Source: Balamuthia mandrillaris
Taxonomy: Eukaryota
DNA: 64,000 nucleotides
Direction of reading: 5' to 3'
Assembly (NCBI GenBank): GCA_031835245.2
Contig: JAVKOQ020000106.1
Coordinates: 62,001-126,000, forward strand
Both the position numbers and the translations under genes were made by a program. Under the pieces are notes generated by a model. The model made no database searches. It saw only the letters and a list, made by a program, of their open reading frames with translations, and was not told where the DNA came from. How positions within the stretch are numbered: the first letter of the stretch is position 1; each line of letters opens with the position of its first letter. Shown here piece after piece: positions 39,333-52,600 of the stretch.

Positions 39333-39569
39333 CCCTCACTGCTCCAGCATTTCTCTTTGCCTGTGTCGACGGAAAATCATAGGTACGACAAATATCAATG
39401 AATAAAGCCAATATTCGATATTCTGTTTAAATTTTCCATTTCTTGTTGCCTTTGTTGATAATCCAACAGATGATATCAATATTCGAATAATCTGGTAATT
39501 GTTTTTCCTTTTTTTGTTTTCTTTGTTGATAATCCAAAAAAAAACATCACAAACAAACAAAAAAGAGCT

Positions 39570-41924
39570 CTAAAAGAGTTCTTGCACAAGTCCACGAACA
39601 GAGCCGCCGGCGGTGCTCTCCAGGATGTCCAAAGGCACGTGAACCACTTGGTCCACGTTCTCGCTGATCTCCTTTCGTTGCTGTTCGGTGAAGGCGTTGT
39701 AGGCCCGTGCGGACATGACCAACACGCTTTGCTCTTTTTCCTCGGAGGTTGGTGCTTCCTCGGCGGAGGATGAAGAAGAAGCAGAAGAAGAACGGCGGCC
39801 ACGAAGCTCTACGACGTTGCAGCAATAGCTTTCCATTTGCTGGAGGGTGACGGAGATGATGTGATAGTTGTGGGATTTGAGCTTGTTGAGCACGGTTTGT
39901 CGGTCCTCCTCGCTGGGAATGGCAGCATCGCAGATGATCGCCAGTTTGCTGCCTGTTTGTTCCGAAGTTAGTCTTTTTCTTTTTGTACCACCAGGGAGAA
40001 AACGAACCAATAAAAAGCATCATGTTAGTGTGAACGACAGGTCGGCCAGCCGAATCCACAGCAGTAAAAGTGGTGACCTTCCGCCCGAGGGCCTTCTCCC
40101 ACTCTTGGATGACCTCAATGTGAGACCTGGAGGAGAGGGAGCAAAAGGTGTCTCCATGAGCCCTGTCAAAGACGAGGCTGGCACTGCCTTCGAGGAAATG
40201 AGGCTCTTCTCCCTCCTCGAAATGGCTGAGGTTCACTTCGCGCTTGTAGTTGGCTCGCAGATGAGCTATTATGCTATTTTTTGTTCGGCGTGAGTGCGCA
40301 ATCGAGTGAAAAAAAAAGAAGAAAGAAAACAAATAAACAGAAAACATACTCTTCTCTCTTCTCCTTGCGACGCGATTTTGCGCGGAGAGGATACAGCACC
40401 ATCGTTGATTCTATTACAAAAATTCATTGTGAGTAGGACGCGTAACAAAAATAATGCTTGAGGAGGGAGAGAGAGAACAAACCAGCAGAGACTTCTCCAG
40501 CGGGATGCGTGGTGCACCAGTTATCAGTGAATGCAGCCTCTGGGGTTTCATGATAGGGGCTATGCGTGAAGATGTGAACCAAAACACCCGCCGCAGTGAT
40601 CTGCCTATGCAACTCCGAGTACTCCATCAACACCTTCTCGTTGAGGTCGTACTGAGACATGTCAGGTCGGCTCATGAAGGGATTGTCCCCCGATGTCTCC
40701 GGGTTGAAATGGAAGTCGGTAGGAGCGATCATGAGGATGGTGTCAGTGGTGCAGGAACGTTGAGCAGCGGTTAAGTGTGGCGTTGGGAAAGGATGGAAAG
40801 GTGGAATCTTGGCTTTGGGCTTCTCGCGTTCTTGTAGCAACTGATCGCGGAACTGACGAATGCTGGCTTTGCGAAAGACCTGAGTGGAGCAATGAGGCCC
40901 GCCGTACATGCTCGTCACGCCACGGTAAGGGATGTAATGCACCTGGCCATGGAAGTGAGAATTCTCCTCCAACAGTTTCTTGGCAGGCTCATAAGCGCTG
41001 ACCAACTGTCCGTTGCCCAAGTTCACAAAGTTGATGGCATAGTCCAGTTGGTATTCCTCTGAGATGGGGATGATGTTAAAGCCATTCTCCGTCAGGTATT
41101 GAGCAAACTCGACATCGCGTCGAGTGACCTCGTAGGACTCGCCATCTGCCGTTTTAGTGTATTCAGTGACGAGACGACGACGAGGGCTGTCCTTGCCGAT
41201 AACCGTCTCGAGAAGAACCACACAGGTATCGCTGGCAATGTTGAAAATGGTGTCCAGATGCATGCGTTGTTGGTTGCGGTCGAAGAGGTCACGCACAGCT
41301 GCTACACGTTGAGTGCCGAATAGATCCTTCTTCATCATATAGTCTACTGCTCCTTGATCCGTTCTTGGCCCCACCTTTTATGAGAAAGATTCAGCGGTTA
41401 AAGAGTAGATAGCTAACAACAAAAGAGCAGAAGCATACGCCGATGAAGCAAAGATGTTCTCCAGCGGGAAGAAAGTCGCCTCCCTCGAGGGTAAAGGGGT
41501 CAGGAACTTGTCCTATGACAGGGAAACCCAATTTCTTGAAGCACAGCTTCATAACCTCTACTTCCGCCCTGCGTACGGCGGGACGCATGTTGGCCATAAC
41601 TATGCCCCTGCAAGTACTGATTTGTTGGTCTCGTGTGAAGACCAGATTGCCCAGCGGTTGGCTATCATTAAAATGAATATTGTTGGTTAGTGGAAAAGCT
41701 AAGAAAGAGGCAAATACAATTAGTTGACATACAAAGTGTAGCTGGCCTTAACAGGAGCATGCTTCTTTGCTTGGGTAAGTGTAACCGTTGGGTTGCACAT
41801 GATTAAGTTGTAGAGACTCTCAGAATCCATTGCCCCTGAAACAACGTAAAAATTTGAGTTCGTTTGTGCATGCTCTCTCATACGGTCTCTTTCTTCTCAC
41901 CATTTTATGTTCTTGTTTTCTTCG

Positions 41925-41958
<34 letters not shown>

Positions 41959-42663
41959 GCCACTTCTGTACTCTGATACATACCTATAACCTTGTGCTTA
42001 TAGTCGTCACCAATAAAGCCACTCTTTTGTTCTGTCTCAGGACCAGCCCACACGTATTTGAGACGCTTGAAGGCCAACTCCTCTAGTTCAGCCCTTGCCT
42101 TTTCGCTAGTCTCGGTATCCTTTGGAAACGAAAGCAGAGGAGCAGGCAGAATAACAAGAGAGAGAAAGTACGAGAGAGAGAGAGAGAGAGCAAGAACAGT
42201 GGAAACGCAAACAATGAGAACATAGAAGACAGCAGCGAGTGAAGAGGTAACATACGTGAAGAAGAACGTCACGAACGAGCTTGACTTCAACGCCCATGGA
42301 CTTGAGGTGCTCAGACAAACGGCGATGCGCCTCTTGAGCTTCCTTCAGGTTCACAGGTACCTCAAAAAGAGCTCCCACAGGGTGCAAGTTGGCCACGAAA
42401 ACAGAGTAGTCTGGGCAGTGCATCTTTCATCACGACACAATGAAGTTAGACAATCATTCAAAAAAATAAAGCCACTTGCAAAAATAGAACAAGTTTGAGA
42501 TAATTTTTTTTTAAAAAAAAAAACAACGCACGATGACAAAAGACGCAGCTTCGTTTTCATGTCCTTGCGAGGAGTACGTCCGCAGCAAAGGGGCTTTCAC
42601 CAACTTACGTCCAGAGGGAGTGGTAGCAGCTGCTACAGCGGGTGTTGCCAGGCCGTCTTCCAT
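39570..42663 (-). CDS. Eukaryotic-type arginine deiminase fused to a C-terminal CtlX-like amidinotransferase-fold domain
   Basis: Domain 1: NLVFTRDQ, LEGGDF, MHLDT, GGPHCSTQ. Domain 2: ILMIAPTDF..NPET..DNPFM, MVLYPL, FLEGSASLVFD, VHTNMM, GGSVRGLVQELF. The domain junction lies inside one exon. Confidence 0.85.
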
Positions 42664-42888
42664 TCTTTTTCTTTCACTTTTTTCACTTTCTCTCTCTCTC
42701 TTCAGCGTGGCTGCACTACCCTTTTGCTACTCCTTTCTTTCTTTTCTATTTTTTTTTTTTTGGGTTGAAATCCAAATCCGAAAAATTTACATAATGTCGA
42801 CACGAGGTACTGACGTCATATTTCACCAAAACAAGCAAAACTCCGAGGTTGCCTATTTTTTGATTTTCTATTGGTAACAACAGCAAGA

Positions 42889-44332
42889 TCATCTGGTGGA
42901 AGAAGGCCTCCTGGAGGATAGCACCCACCGCTGAATGCGGTAACGGAAGGACCACAGCAGGAAAGCTGCCAACGCGAGCAAGCAGGCGATGACCAGCCAT
43001 ACCATGACCGTAAGAGGGACATTGAGCATGCTGAGGCTCGCGCAGAACAGGAGAAAGAGAATGATGCGAAGCACGGTGCGTGTGTCCACTCGATGATGAA
43101 GACGGTCGCCAATGAACATTCCAGCCAAGCAGCCTGTTATCACCGCTGCATAGTTCGCAATGTCTTCCCACCTGAACAACCCCTTATAGAACAACAGGTA
43201 TCCTGTCCTGCAACATGATAAAACTTCAGTATAGCAAATCATCTAAAAAACAATATCGAGGACAAACAAGAATAACAAAAATCAACAGCAATATGACAAA
43301 CCGGAAAGGCAGAAGAGCAGCCCAAAGAGCAGTCATGGAGGCCCTCAATGGACCTTTATCCATGCGAGCCACTGTCACAAAGACCATCATGGGCGGCCCG
43401 CCCGTTCCATAAAGGCCCAACAAGAAGCCAGAGACGAGCCCGCAGAGTACAGCAAGCACTCTCAACCATGGTCGAGTGCTTAAGATGGAAGCGGCAGACA
43501 AACGCCCCAGCAAAGAGGACGACGAAGCAGCACAAGAGGGTTGAGGAAGAGAAGTGGGTTGCGAAGAGCACTTCTTTGCATGTACATCTTCGTCTTCATC
43601 CTCTTGTTCTTTCTTCAGAAGAACATCTGCTTCCAATTCTTCTGCTATTTCCGCTTTGTCTTCAGCCGCTGCTACCTTTGTCGGTTCTTGCTCTATTGCC
43701 TTCTCTGTAGCCTCCTTTTCCTTTGCTTCGCCATTTTCCACCTCTCTTTCTGGTACATCGTCCTCCTCCTCTTCTTTTTCCTCTGCTCCTTCTTCCTTTA
43801 ACGCCGCATACTTGTTCCGTGCTCTTCTGCCCTCTTCCACCTCCTTGTCCTCCTCTGCCGCTCTCTCACTTGTCAGCACCTCCGACAACGACCTGCCTCG
43901 CCGACACAACAACACCTCTTTGGCCCAAACAAGCAGCCGCTTCAGCTGGTCGCGCTCCACAAACTCGTCCCAAAACTTCCAAACGGCAAAGACCAGGAGG
44001 ATGACCCCCAAGGCCGGCTTCAGCACGGTAGCCTTGAAGCTCAGCAGCACCACGAAGCCCACAAAGAGGGTGACCAAAGCTGGCGGGAAGACATGTAGGA
44101 AGATGTACCAGTCGACCTCCCGCCAGACCACGAGGAAGAGCGGCAAGGCCACTATGTCGAGGCTGAGCAGGGTCACCGCTTCCTGAAGGTTGGGTTCCAG
44201 AAGCCCCAGCATGCCTGCCACCTGCCAGCCAACATGGAAGAGTATGGCCCCTCCGAAGCTGGTTATGGCGGCACAGGTGCTCGAAAAGAGGATGGAAAGA
44301 AACACGACCACCGCCTTCACCACGTCTATCAT
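42889..44332 (-). CDS. TauE/SafE (sulfite exporter-like) membrane protein
   Basis: TSFGGAIL and GFLLGLYGTGGPP signature motifs, many TM helices, acidic central loop, one intron near 43300-43210. Confidence 0.8.
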
Positions 44333-44568
44333 TTCCTTTCCTTTATTGTTCTTTCTTCCTTCTCCAGTTCTTTTCGATTTTTTTGATTTTCCATTGGTTT
44401 TTGAAGTAATCTTGATTGCATCGTCCAATAAGCTTGCCGGTTTGAATAAAGAACACCCAATCAAAAATCATAGAAATTGAATTCATTAAGAATTCGGGTA
44501 GCAGAAGGGCTTTGTATTGCGCACCCCACAGAGGCCGTAGCGCTAACCCAACCGACAAACAAACAGAA

Positions 44569-45564
44569 ATGAGGAAACGCGCTGCACCTCAGGAGGGAGG
44601 AGGAGAGGGGAACAAAGCCAAGGCCACAGACAAAGGGCTGCTGGTGATCGGCTCTGGCGATGGCCGCACCGGCACCATGAGCATGAAGGTGGCCTTGGAG
44701 AGGCTGGGCTTTGGCCCCTGCTACCACATGATAGAGAACCTGGAGAACGGGGACAGCCAAAAGTGGTACAAGCGCTACGTCAACGCCAAGGACAAGCCTT
44801 CCTGGGAGGACATCTTTTCGGTTTCAGCTTTTTCCTCTTCTTATGTTTTGTTTCTTCTTCTCATCCAAAACCCAAAAAAAAATGTGCAGAAAACCAAAAA
44901 CTATCGTTCGACGGTGGACTTTCCCTCGTTCGTGTTTTACAAAGAGCTTATGGAAGAGTACCCCGAGGCCAAGGTGATCCATACCACTCGCGAGCCTGAG
45001 AAGTGGTACGCCAGCGCCAACCAAACCATCTTCACCATGTTCCCTGGTCATTATGCCTCCTTTGGGCTTTCTCTCTTCTTTTCGATCTTTCCTAGTGCCA
45101 GAAAGTAACCACCTCGTCGTCTTATCTCCTTCTTCTTTCCTCCTCCTTCTTCTTCTTCTTGTTCTTGTTCTTCTTCTTCTTCTTCTTCTTCTTGTTCTTC
45201 TCTAACTTATTTCATGCATTTTTAAACAAATAGAACTGCCCAAATGATAAGAACGGTATCCCCGCACATGCCTATTATCGATGACAAACAGAAGGCCGTC
45301 AAATACTTCAAAGCTCGTGACGAGGAGGTGCTTCGCACCGTCCCCAAAGAGAAGCTCCTGGTCTTCCATCCAGGCGATGGCTGGGAGCCCCTCTGCAAGT
45401 TCTTGGGCGTGCCTATCCCCGATGAGCCTTTCCCTCACGTGAACGACACGGAGGACTTTAAGAAAATAGTGGCGAAGCTGTCGCGGATCGGTTACATCGC
45501 TGCCTTCGCGTTGTTGGCCCTCCTCCTTTTGCTGTGCTTTGCTGGCTTCAAGCTGTTGTTCTAA
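44569..45564 (+). CDS. P-loop sulfotransferase-like protein with C-terminal TM anchor
   Basis: VIGSGDGRTGTMSMKVALERLGFGPCYHM, DFP, YPEAKVI, GDGWEPLCKFLGVPIPDEPFPHVND. Confidence 0.85.
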
Positions 45565-45602
45565 AATAAAACAATAATGAACACCGCGAAACGGAGATAA
45601 AA

Positions 45603-45680
45603 GACATGAGCGAGGACATGAGAGAGGAGATAGACATGAGCGAGGACAAGAGCGAGGTAACGGGACATGAGAGAGGATAA
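45603..45680. repeat. Imperfect 12-mer tandem repeat GACATGAG(C/A)GAG
   Basis: About five copies downstream of the sulfotransferase-like stop. Confidence 0.7.
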
Positions 45681-45916
45681 GAGCGCGAAAGCAACTAGTC
45701 ACAGGAGAGGACAAGAGAGAGCGTAGAAACATTACCGGTCTTCACAGAAGGGAGACGAAGGGAGGGATCAAATCTCCTCTCTTCGCCCACAAGAAGAACG
45801 AGCTGCCCCTCGCAGTGAACCAAAGCGGAAGAAGAAGAGGTTAACAGAGAAATGATACCACGGTGGCACGGTGCTGTTTGATCACTATAGCCCGCGGTGC
45901 GATACGAAAACAGAAA

Positions 45917-47344
45917 ATGTGGAAAGAGGTGTCGGGAAAACTTCGGCGCAAGGAAGCCGATCGACAACAACAGCTTTCCAAAGGCGTCAAGCCAAAGACA
46001 AAAGAGAAGACAACAACAAAGAAGAAAACCAAGAAAGAAAAAGAGAAAAAGAAACAGAAAAACAAAGAGACAGAAAAAGACTCTTCTTCCTCAACAAAAC
46101 GAATTTCTTCGACTCTGAACTTGAACGACCGTTTGTTGGACTCTTCTCAACTTTCGCATTTCCTCCAAAAAGAGCTCTTTCCAACCGCTTCGCAGCTGAC
46201 CTCTTTGACGCTGGCCAACAACCAGCTCGACTCTCTTCCGGAGGAATTGCTGTTGCTTTGCAAACTTCAAACCTTGGACCTGCGCTCCAACCGACTGGCT
46301 CGCTTCCCCGAGGAAGTCTTGCTGCAGATGACCTCCATTCGCTCGTTGAACTTGAGCCATAACGCTATAAGAGAGCTGCCGAAAGAGATCTGGAGAATGT
46401 CTTCCTTGGAAGTGCTTCGAGTGGCTGATAACCGGTTGAGCCATCTTCCGAAGGAACTTGCGGAGGTTGGTAAGAAGAAGACAGAAGGGGAAGGAGAAGA
46501 AGAAGGAGAGAAGAAGCTAGCAAGGACGGGTCTAAAGTTGGTGAATGTTAGTCAGAATTACATTGATTTGGCGGAGGTGCCGATGCAGATACTTCAGTTG
46601 TTGAGTTGCTATAATGACCAACACGTCCCTCAACTTATTGTTCCTGGTCTGTACTTAGGTTTGTTCTATTCTCTGCATCTTCAACTTGGTCTTTTTTCTC
46701 TTTCTTCTTTCTTCTTTCTCCGTTCTGCTTCCTTCTTCCTTTTTCTACTTTCCTTCTCAAATGCTTTTTCGCTCAGGCTCCATAGCATCAGCAAGTAACT
46801 TGGCAGAGCTTCAACAAAGAAACATTACGCATATATTGGTGGTAGGACGAGACTTGACAAGCTACTTTCCAGACCAGTTCGTGTACATGGAGGTGGTGGT
46901 GGATGACACCGTTGTGGATGACCTGTTCAGCCACTTTGATTCCATGAACTCTTTCATCCACGACGCCATCCTTCGTTCTGGGGCCATTCTTGTTCATTGG
47001 TACTTCTTTTTTCTTGTCTCTCTTTTTCTTTTGTTTTTACTGATTCTTCTTCAACAAACAGCGCAGCAGGAGTGTCTCGATCGGCGACTGCAACCATAGC
47101 ATACCTGATGGCAAAGCAAGGCATGTCCTTTCGCTCCGCTTTCGACCTCGTCAAGTCCAAACGTTACTGCATTGACCCAAACGAAGGTTTCATCTCCCAA
47201 CTTCAACGCTACGAACGCGTCGTTGGCAAAGCGGGAAAAGAGGAAGAAGGAGAAGATAAGGAGCAATGGCAATGCTCCGAGTGCACATTATTGAACTCGT
47301 TTTCATCTTTTAAATGTATTGTGTGTGATGCGTTGCGTCCATGA
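45917..47344 (+). CDS. LRR + dual-specificity phosphatase + RanBP2-type zinc finger
   Basis: LxxLxLxxN repeats; VHCAAGVSRS formed across an intron (TG|C); IDPNEGFISQL; WQCSECTLLN....CIVC. Confidence 0.88.
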
Positions 47345-47494
47345 ACACAACGCATTGCAATAAGCTATTATAGATGTACAAACCAAAACGTTTTGCCTCA
47401 AAAAAAATGCAGTAAAACAAAAAAATAAAACAATAACAAAAACTTTCGTGCAAACAAACTGCAACCTTCAACAAAAATACCTTTGCGCCTTATA

Positions 47495-49612
47495 CTACTC
47501 AGCTGTCGAAGGTCGACGACTGTTGTTAGTACTCGGAGGAGGTCCTCTCGGGGATGCCGCCAACGAAGGAAAGGTTGCTGGTTCGGTCACGTATGCGCCG
47601 AATCCTTGTCCCGAATAACCTTTCCACAAGGCAAGACTCTGACGAAACATCTGCTTTCGCGCTACTTCTTGTCTTCTTCTGGCCTTTCTCCATTCTCTCT
47701 CCTGCTTCCATAGTTTAGCGTCCAACCTTCCTTTCAGCTCTCGAATGGCTTCTGCATCGGGTTCTTCGTCTTCTTCGTCTTCTTTCTCTGCATTCTCTTG
47801 TTGTTGTTCTTCATTTTCTTGTCTAGACATCGTTAGAGAATCATTACCGTTGGGTGAAGAAGTATGCTGAAGCGAAGTGTTGGGGAGAACTGATCTGCCG
47901 TTGATATTGGGAGAACAGTCGTTATTCTTTGGTCGTAGAAGTTGGTTTCGTTCGTTCGTGAGAGAACGTATTTGAGCTCTTTGCTCTCTCCAATGTTGTC
48001 TCCAAAAGTCGCGTTCTTGCCCAGGCCATGCTGCCAGCCGTTGCATCACCACCTTCCACTCCTCTTCCTCCCTTTCCTCTGCTTCCTTCTCATCTTCCTC
48101 CTCCCCCCGTGTTAAAGCTTGTCGGCCGTTCATCATCATGAATATAGATTGGTGAAGGGTTTCTTCATTTTTGTTTTCTTCTTTGATGGGTTCTAGTTTC
48201 ATGGTTGTCGCTGTTGTTGCTGCTATGGTGGTACTCTCTGCACGTTTTGTTTGATCTTGTTGTTGTCGTTTGGTCGGGCTTTTGTTCTTGTTCTTCCTTT
48301 TGCCAATGACCAAGGCACCGCTATCCGATCCACTCAACGGGAACGACATCTTCTTCACCACTTTCTTCAACGTAGTCTTTGCTGATGCCGATGACGGTGA
48401 CGATATAGCTGTTTCCTCTTTTGAAGCGGAGGTGGTCGAAGAAGTAGATGGAGAATTGACGCAATGCAGAAAAGAAGGCGGGGTGCCCATTCCTTCAGAC
48501 GCTCTTCGAGCAACAGAAGTAATACTGCCAAAACGCGGTGGATGGCTGTCATTTGGCTCGTCTGCATCGGAAGGCATTGTCTTTCTTCTCGTGTCTGTCG
48601 TGGTAATTGTTGTCGTCGTTGCATAAACATTCGAACCAGCAGTTGGTTGAGAAGGAGGATGAAGATGATTCATCATAAGGTGAGGAGGCACCCAAGGAGC
48701 GCTGCTCGAACGTTGCCGTGGAGTTCGATAGGTCTCCCGATAGAGAGCCAACAACCGCTCCATCTCCCCCATTCTAGCTAGCATCTCAGATTGTTGTTGC
48801 TGTTGTTGCGATGGTTCATTAGTTTCGTTCACTTTGGCAAAAGCAGATGGTGCACGTAAACGTATTTCGTCTTCGGCTTCCTTCTCCTTTTCTTTCTCCT
48901 TATCTTCAACTATATCTTCTGTTCCTTGTTCTTTTGCTTCTGTTTCATGTGCTTCTTCCGCTTTTACTTCTTCCTTCTCCTTAAGTGAAAGAGGAGGTAC
49001 TATTACTCTTTCACGTCCACTTTCGCTGTTGTTGGCGTTGTAGTTGCCACGCGCTGCAGCAATAATACCTCTTTGAATACGATCCTGCTTAATCCGTTCT
49101 CTGGCCCAACTCCTCTGAGCGTTGAACTCCTCCAAAATCTTGAGAGCTTTACGAATGGGCGTTCTCTTCTCCGGTTCTTCCATCCAACAGCTTTCAATTA
49201 GGAGCTTATAGGCCAACGGCGTGTCTTCTGGTATCTTTGGACGGCCTCCTTTTCGGATCTCTTCGATGACTTGATAGTCAAACGCGATGTGGGCAAATGG
49301 CTTTTGGCGAGTGATGAGCTCCCATAGTATTATGCCGAAAGAGTATATATCAGCCTTTTCTGTATAGGGTCTGTTTAGAGATATTTCTGGTGCTGCCCAT
49401 CTGATTGTTAAAGAAGTATGTTAAAAACACAAATGAGAAGAGAGAGCAAGAGAGAGAGCGCGAGACCTAGGGGTGCCAATGTTGGATTTTGTCATGTTGC
49501 TGCTAACTTGCCTAGAATCGCCAAAGTCCAGCAGCTTAACCGTTACATCCTCTGGATTCAACGACGCCACCTTTATTTCAAACAAGTTAACGTTTCGTTC
49601 AGAAACGCAGAA

Positions 49613-49649
<37 letters not shown>

Positions 49650-52600
49650 TGGTATGAAACAAAGAAACAAGGTACCAAAATGTTTTGGCTCTTCAAGTCA
49701 CGATGAATGATGCCGTTTGTGTGGAGATAGTCTATAGCACGACCCAGGCACATTGCCACCGATACTATAAGCTCCCAATCTAACGCTGAGGTACTCTTTA
49801 AAGATAAAAAGCAAGGAGATTAGAAAAAGGGAAATAGGCAGAAGAGAACAAGATTCCTCTTACCTTGTGCAGAAAGTTAAAGAGGTTGCCCATTGGGAGA
49901 TACTCGGTGATGATGCAAGGCTGCTCGGGGTCAACACAAGCTCCAATAAACTTGACGATATAGGGATTGTCTAACCGGCTGAATATTTTGACTTCCTGTC
50001 GGAACTCCCTCGCCTCCGAGCTGAAAAACTTCTTCACAGCCACAAGACGTCCTCCCCACGTGCCTTTATGCACCACTCCTGTCGCACCATGCGCCACACT
50101 GTCTCCTACAGTTATTTCTATTTGTTGTATATTTTTTTTTTCCTGAGAGTTAAGAACACTGACCAGAAGCAAAACAAAAGAAAGAGTTACCTTGGTAAGG
50201 AATATGGCGAGTGAGATGCAACAGTTCCTCCAAAGAAATGTTGCTCTCGCTCAGCCCATAAAACGCAGCGTGTTGCGGGCTTAACAAACATTCATCCGTC
50301 AATCCCTCTCCTTCCTCCTCTTCATCCACTGAAAAGAATGAGGGTAGAGGGGCAAGGCCGGAGTTGTTCTCTTGTTGTTGGTGATGTTGCTCATTTGGTT
50401 GCTGTTGGTGTTGTTGGTTTTGCTTGTCATCTCTCTTTAAATGGAGCACGTAGAGCTTGTTGAGTGGTTTGTTGTCTTTGTCTCTTCCTCCAAATATCAA
50501 AATTTTGTCTCCGCATAGAGATGCTGTATGCCCACAGAGGGCTGGAAAGAAGGACGACGAAGAAGCAGAAGAAGCATCAGAGGCAGCCGACGATGAGGAA
50601 TAAGCAGAAGAAGCAGCGGAAGAAGCGAAAGCAGGCGAAGATGTGGCCGAACTAAAGGAGGAAGAAGAGTCATGAATAGAAGAATTGATCCCATTGGCAC
50701 TTGCTTTCAACCTTCTTGTGGAAGGACGGGGTTGAGAGACGTGCCAATGCATCGAAACGAGGTCCAACACACGCACTTCGTTCGTTGGTGACTTGTCCTT
50801 CTTCATTCCGCCTATGAGGACCAGGTTAGAGCCATAGAGCACAGCGGCGTGGTTGCTCAATCGGGCTGGTAACGCTTTCGTGCGAAGACGCGTCCAGTGA
50901 GTTAACTCTGGTTGCACTGATGATGCTCCTTTAGTAGGAAGGAATGTAAGCAATAAACCAAAGGTGGAAAAAAAAAACAGAGAAAAGAGAAGAAAGACAA
51001 GAACGAGGAGTGAAGGGTCAAGCATGGAGAAGAAAAAGTGGTGGAGCATGATGACGAATGAAGTACCAAAACTGCCGATAGTGAGGTCACGAAGGAATCG
51101 TTTGAATGTAGACAGCTTAAAGTCATCAGCCCACCCACCAAATATTAGAACACAAGGAAAGGATGATGTTGATGGGGATGACGAAGAGGAGGAGGAAGAG
51201 GATAATTTGGTTGCTGTTTGAATGGAAGTTAGAAGTGATAGAATGAGATGGAAAGAGAAATACTATGACAAAAAACACACCATCTAGAGCTTCAATAGTG
51301 TTGGCTGTATGAAGGCACCTACTTATGGCATACTTTGATGGTGGTTGTGCATGCCACCGGAATGTTGCTAGTGATCGTTGCAACAAGTGTAAAAGAAAAA
51401 GAAGAAAGACAAGAACTAGGTGAACAACATGAACGAGATGATGGAAGAAGAACGAGAACGATAATAAGAACAAGAAGGGAAAAAAAACAAAAGATGATAC
51501 CCAGGTCAAGAGCCCAAACATCAGAAAGGGTGTGCCCTTCCTGGTCTTCTCCGCCATAGACATAGATGGCGTTGCCCAGCAGAGACGCTGTGTGGCTGCA
51601 ACGCTTGCACGGTCGCGGTCCCGCTTGCACCTCCACCTCTCTCCACGTTTGAGTTTCTTTGGTTTTACGTTGTGGTGCAAAACAAACAAAGAGTTTGCCA
51701 CAGAAAGAAGAACAGAGAGAAAGGGAGACGTGAGAAAAGAATGAACGTACAAAGCGAACGACGAAGAGAATGGAACGTACGAATGTCAAAAGAGTGAACG
51801 TCATCAAAGAAGGAGTTCTTGTTCCTTCCGCCGATGATGTATATTCTCTCCTCTTTCCAAAGGGTGGCGGTGTGCCCGCAGCGATGACTCGGCACCTTGC
51901 CCTTGGCCTCCGCTTGAAACCACGTCTGCGATGCTGTTTTCCACGACGACGCAAAGAAAGAAACGAGTTATATTTCTATGAAGAGAAGAAGAAGTGGAGG
52001 AGAAAGAAGCAACAAAAAGAATACCGAGGTCAAGGATGTGGAGGCTGTTCTTCATGCTGGTGCCGGACGTCCCTCCAAAAATGTACAGATAACGAGAGGC
52101 CACCAAAGTTGCGGTGTGGTGATACCTCGCCGATGGACTCTCCCCTAGTTTTGAAAAACAAAACAACAAGTGATCAGTTCTCTCCCATCAAACAATAACA
52201 AACGGCGAAGAGAACACCGAGAGAGAAAGAAGAAAAGAAAAATACCTTTAAGATAGGGCTGAGTGGCGAGGAAAGGGAGGGTTAGGTCGTCAAAGAGCGG
52301 CCGGCACAGGGCCATGTGCTCCAAAAACATCCGCTTCGTTGCTTCCTTCTCATTTCCTGTATTTAAAACAAAATAAGAAGAGAACGAAAAGAAGCAGATG
52401 AGAAGGAAGAGCTGAAGAACCTCTCGGCGAGAAGGAAAACAGCTCAAAAGTGCTTTGGTGCTGGGCTCCACCGGCCGCGAACTCGAGCCTCGGCGAGGAG
52501 ACGGCGCTTCGCCGCAAGGTCTTTGCCGAGTGGTGCTTTCGCATCTCCTTCAGCTGCTGCTTGCGGTGCTCCCTCGGGGAGCGCCTCTTCTTCTGCGAGA

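Noticed and set aside
39410..39540. About 70-bp imperfect tandem duplication (CTTTGTTGATAATCCAA twice) upstream of the IMP paralogue
   Set aside because: Real but small; no evidence of function.
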